NCBI RefSeq assembly: GCF_963921235.1
Contig: NC_086097.1
Span: 155,808,001-155,872,000 of the forward strand
Source: Mobula hypostoma
Taxonomy: Eukaryota
Direction: 5' to 3'
Length of the DNA stretch: 64,000 nt
Shown: positions 62,190 to 64,000 of the stretch, one piece after another
How the letters are laid out: every line of letters begins with the position of its first letter
How positions within the stretch are numbered: position 1 is the first letter of the stretch
Translations under genes and position numbers: made by a program
The notes under the pieces: generated by a model
Seen by the model: the letters and a program-made list of their open reading frames with translations, nothing else
What the model was told of the DNA's origin: nothing
The model's database searches: none

Positions 62190-63500
62190 AATGTCAGAGG
62201 CAAGTTCTTTAGACAGAGAGCAGTGGGTTTGTGTAATGCACCGCCAGGGGTACTGATAGAGGCAAGTACATTAGGGACATCTAAGAGACTTTTCGATAGT
62301 CACATGAATGATAGAAAAATGGAGGGCTAGGTAGGATAGAAGAGTTAGATTCAAGGTCGTTTAATGTAATTTCAAAATATTCCAGACAATAAAAGAGACA
62401 GAATAATTGTTATTCTGGATTTGCTGCAGCACAAAAAGCACAATAAGATAAGGAGCACAATAATAATAAAAAGACACAATAAATATAATTGTTTATGATA
62501 GTTTACATACATAGATTGATTGTATGTCCATAAAGAGACACTAGGTGTAGGAATGTCTGTACATAAGGTGACTGACAGGAAATGATAAAGTAGTGGTGGT
62601 GGGGATGTGGAACGGTGGGTTAGTGGGTGGTTAATGGGTAAATTGATCTAAAAGTGGGTTAAAAGGTCAACACAACATCTTGAGCTGAAGGGACTGTACT
62701 ATGCTATGTTCTATGTTCTACGTTCTTACATCACAGAGTGACACAGCACAGAAATAACCTCTCATCCCATCCTGTCCATGCTGACTTATACTAAATCTGT
62801 TTACCAGCACTTGAATGGCAGCTCTCCAAGCCTTTCCATGCACATGTTCATCGAGATACTTCTTAAATGTTGTGAGAGTCCCTGCCTCCATAGAAAAGAT
62901 GAACATGGCAAGAAACTTCATCATTGACTGGAGCTAGAGAAGCCATAGTGACTGTGTTTGCTGCCATCTTGTTCCTCAAGCAATTTGTTCAATTCTAGGA
63001 AATCTTGTAAGGTCATCAGAGATACTGACACATGTACAAATACTGCTATTGTGCAGAAAAGATTTATAGAATTTACAAAGAGGTCCTGAATTATAGGGAG
63101 GGAATATCTGGGCCAGGCTTTTATTCCTTGAAGGAGAGACATTATATAAATGTGTAAAATTATAAGAATCACAGATAAGATGAATGGTAGCAGTCTTAAC
63201 TCCAGTACAGGCGTCCAAAACTGGAGAGCATTGATTTTGGGCTAAATATTTAAAGGAGAACTGAGGGGGAACATTTTCATACAGAGTACTGTATGTAGAA
63301 CAAACTGTAAAGAATATGATTAAGACAGATACACTAATATAACTAAAGCACTTGGATGGACACATGGAGGGTGGGGCTTACAGGGACATGGACAGAATGC
63401 AGGAAATTGGGATTAGCTGGGTGGTCACCATGGTCACCATGGGACTCATTAAGCCATCGGGCCTTTCCTCATGTTGTATTGCTCTTTGACTCAATGACTC
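62190..63500. mobile_element. CR1 3' fragments with an embedded Rex1-type tail
   Basis: VRGKFFRQRAV...DSHMNDRKMEG, FKKYLDEH and CR1 3'UTRs. Confidence 0.65.
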
Positions 63501-64000
63501 TACTACTCTTTCAATAGACAGAAGAATCAAAAATGAACTTGAATATTTTTTATTAGGAGAAGTTTTTATGATCTGGAAACAGATTCAAAGGTAACTTAGA
63601 AAAGAACAATGAGTATATTTTGAAAACTTAAAACATTGCAGAATTATGTAGACAGGACTATAAAGCTATTTTTAAAAACACTCCAGAAGGATCAGTGGTG
63701 TGCCCATGATATCTGCTCTTTGTTTTGAAAAAAAAACAACAAATTGACCAAGGAGCTACGTGGATCAAGAGAAAAGGAATTGTCAACATTTTGGAATAAG
63801 GTGCTGCATTAGGACTGAGAATAAAAGACAAAGATAGCCAAAGCTTCATGCTCCTGTTACAAAAATCACCCCTTATAGTAATGATCAGTGAGGCACATAG
63901 AATCTGTATTTACTGACAAGTAACTTTTGTTGTCTCAACTAAAAAGCACATGGGTCCACAAACTAACTGCCAGTGTGCACCTTACTAGAATCCCTGATGC

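Noticed and set aside
1..64000. CRISPR arrays, rRNA, prokaryotic operons or retroviral coding genes
   Set aside because: I saw no regularly spaced repeats, rRNA signatures or gag/integrase/env-like ORFs. The sequence is eukaryotic repeat-rich DNA.

Overview
AT-rich, repeat-dense vertebrate non-coding DNA (intron or intergenic). The repeat families (CR1 LINEs with CTATGTTT-type tails, HE1/V-SINE-like SINEs, Rex1/Babar, Penelope-like elements) suggest a cartilaginous fish, probably a ray; that assignment is inference. I recognise no host protein-coding gene. Almost all listed ORFs are transposon remnants or antisense shadows. The most striking structure is a young, 5'-truncated Penelope-like element (15232-17451) with an open RT/GIY-YIG ORF, a 13-bp TSD and a ~505-bp near-perfect inverted pseudo-LTR. 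Each arm carries a minimal type I hammerhead ribozyme motif. Miniature copies (5278, 18338, 33247) repeat the inverted design, and in two cases one arm stops at the same base and lacks the same 36-bp tail. Also present: nested CR1s including a 3.6-kb copy with ORF1 esterase and APE-RT, Rex1, RTE, HERO and Dong/R4 fragments, three solo LTRs, Harbinger/Tc1/Tigger/hAT relics, a Meta/CORE-like tRNA SINE, weak minus-strand exon candidates and putative conserved non-coding blocks. Family names come from recognised motifs, not database searches, and many boundaries are approximate.
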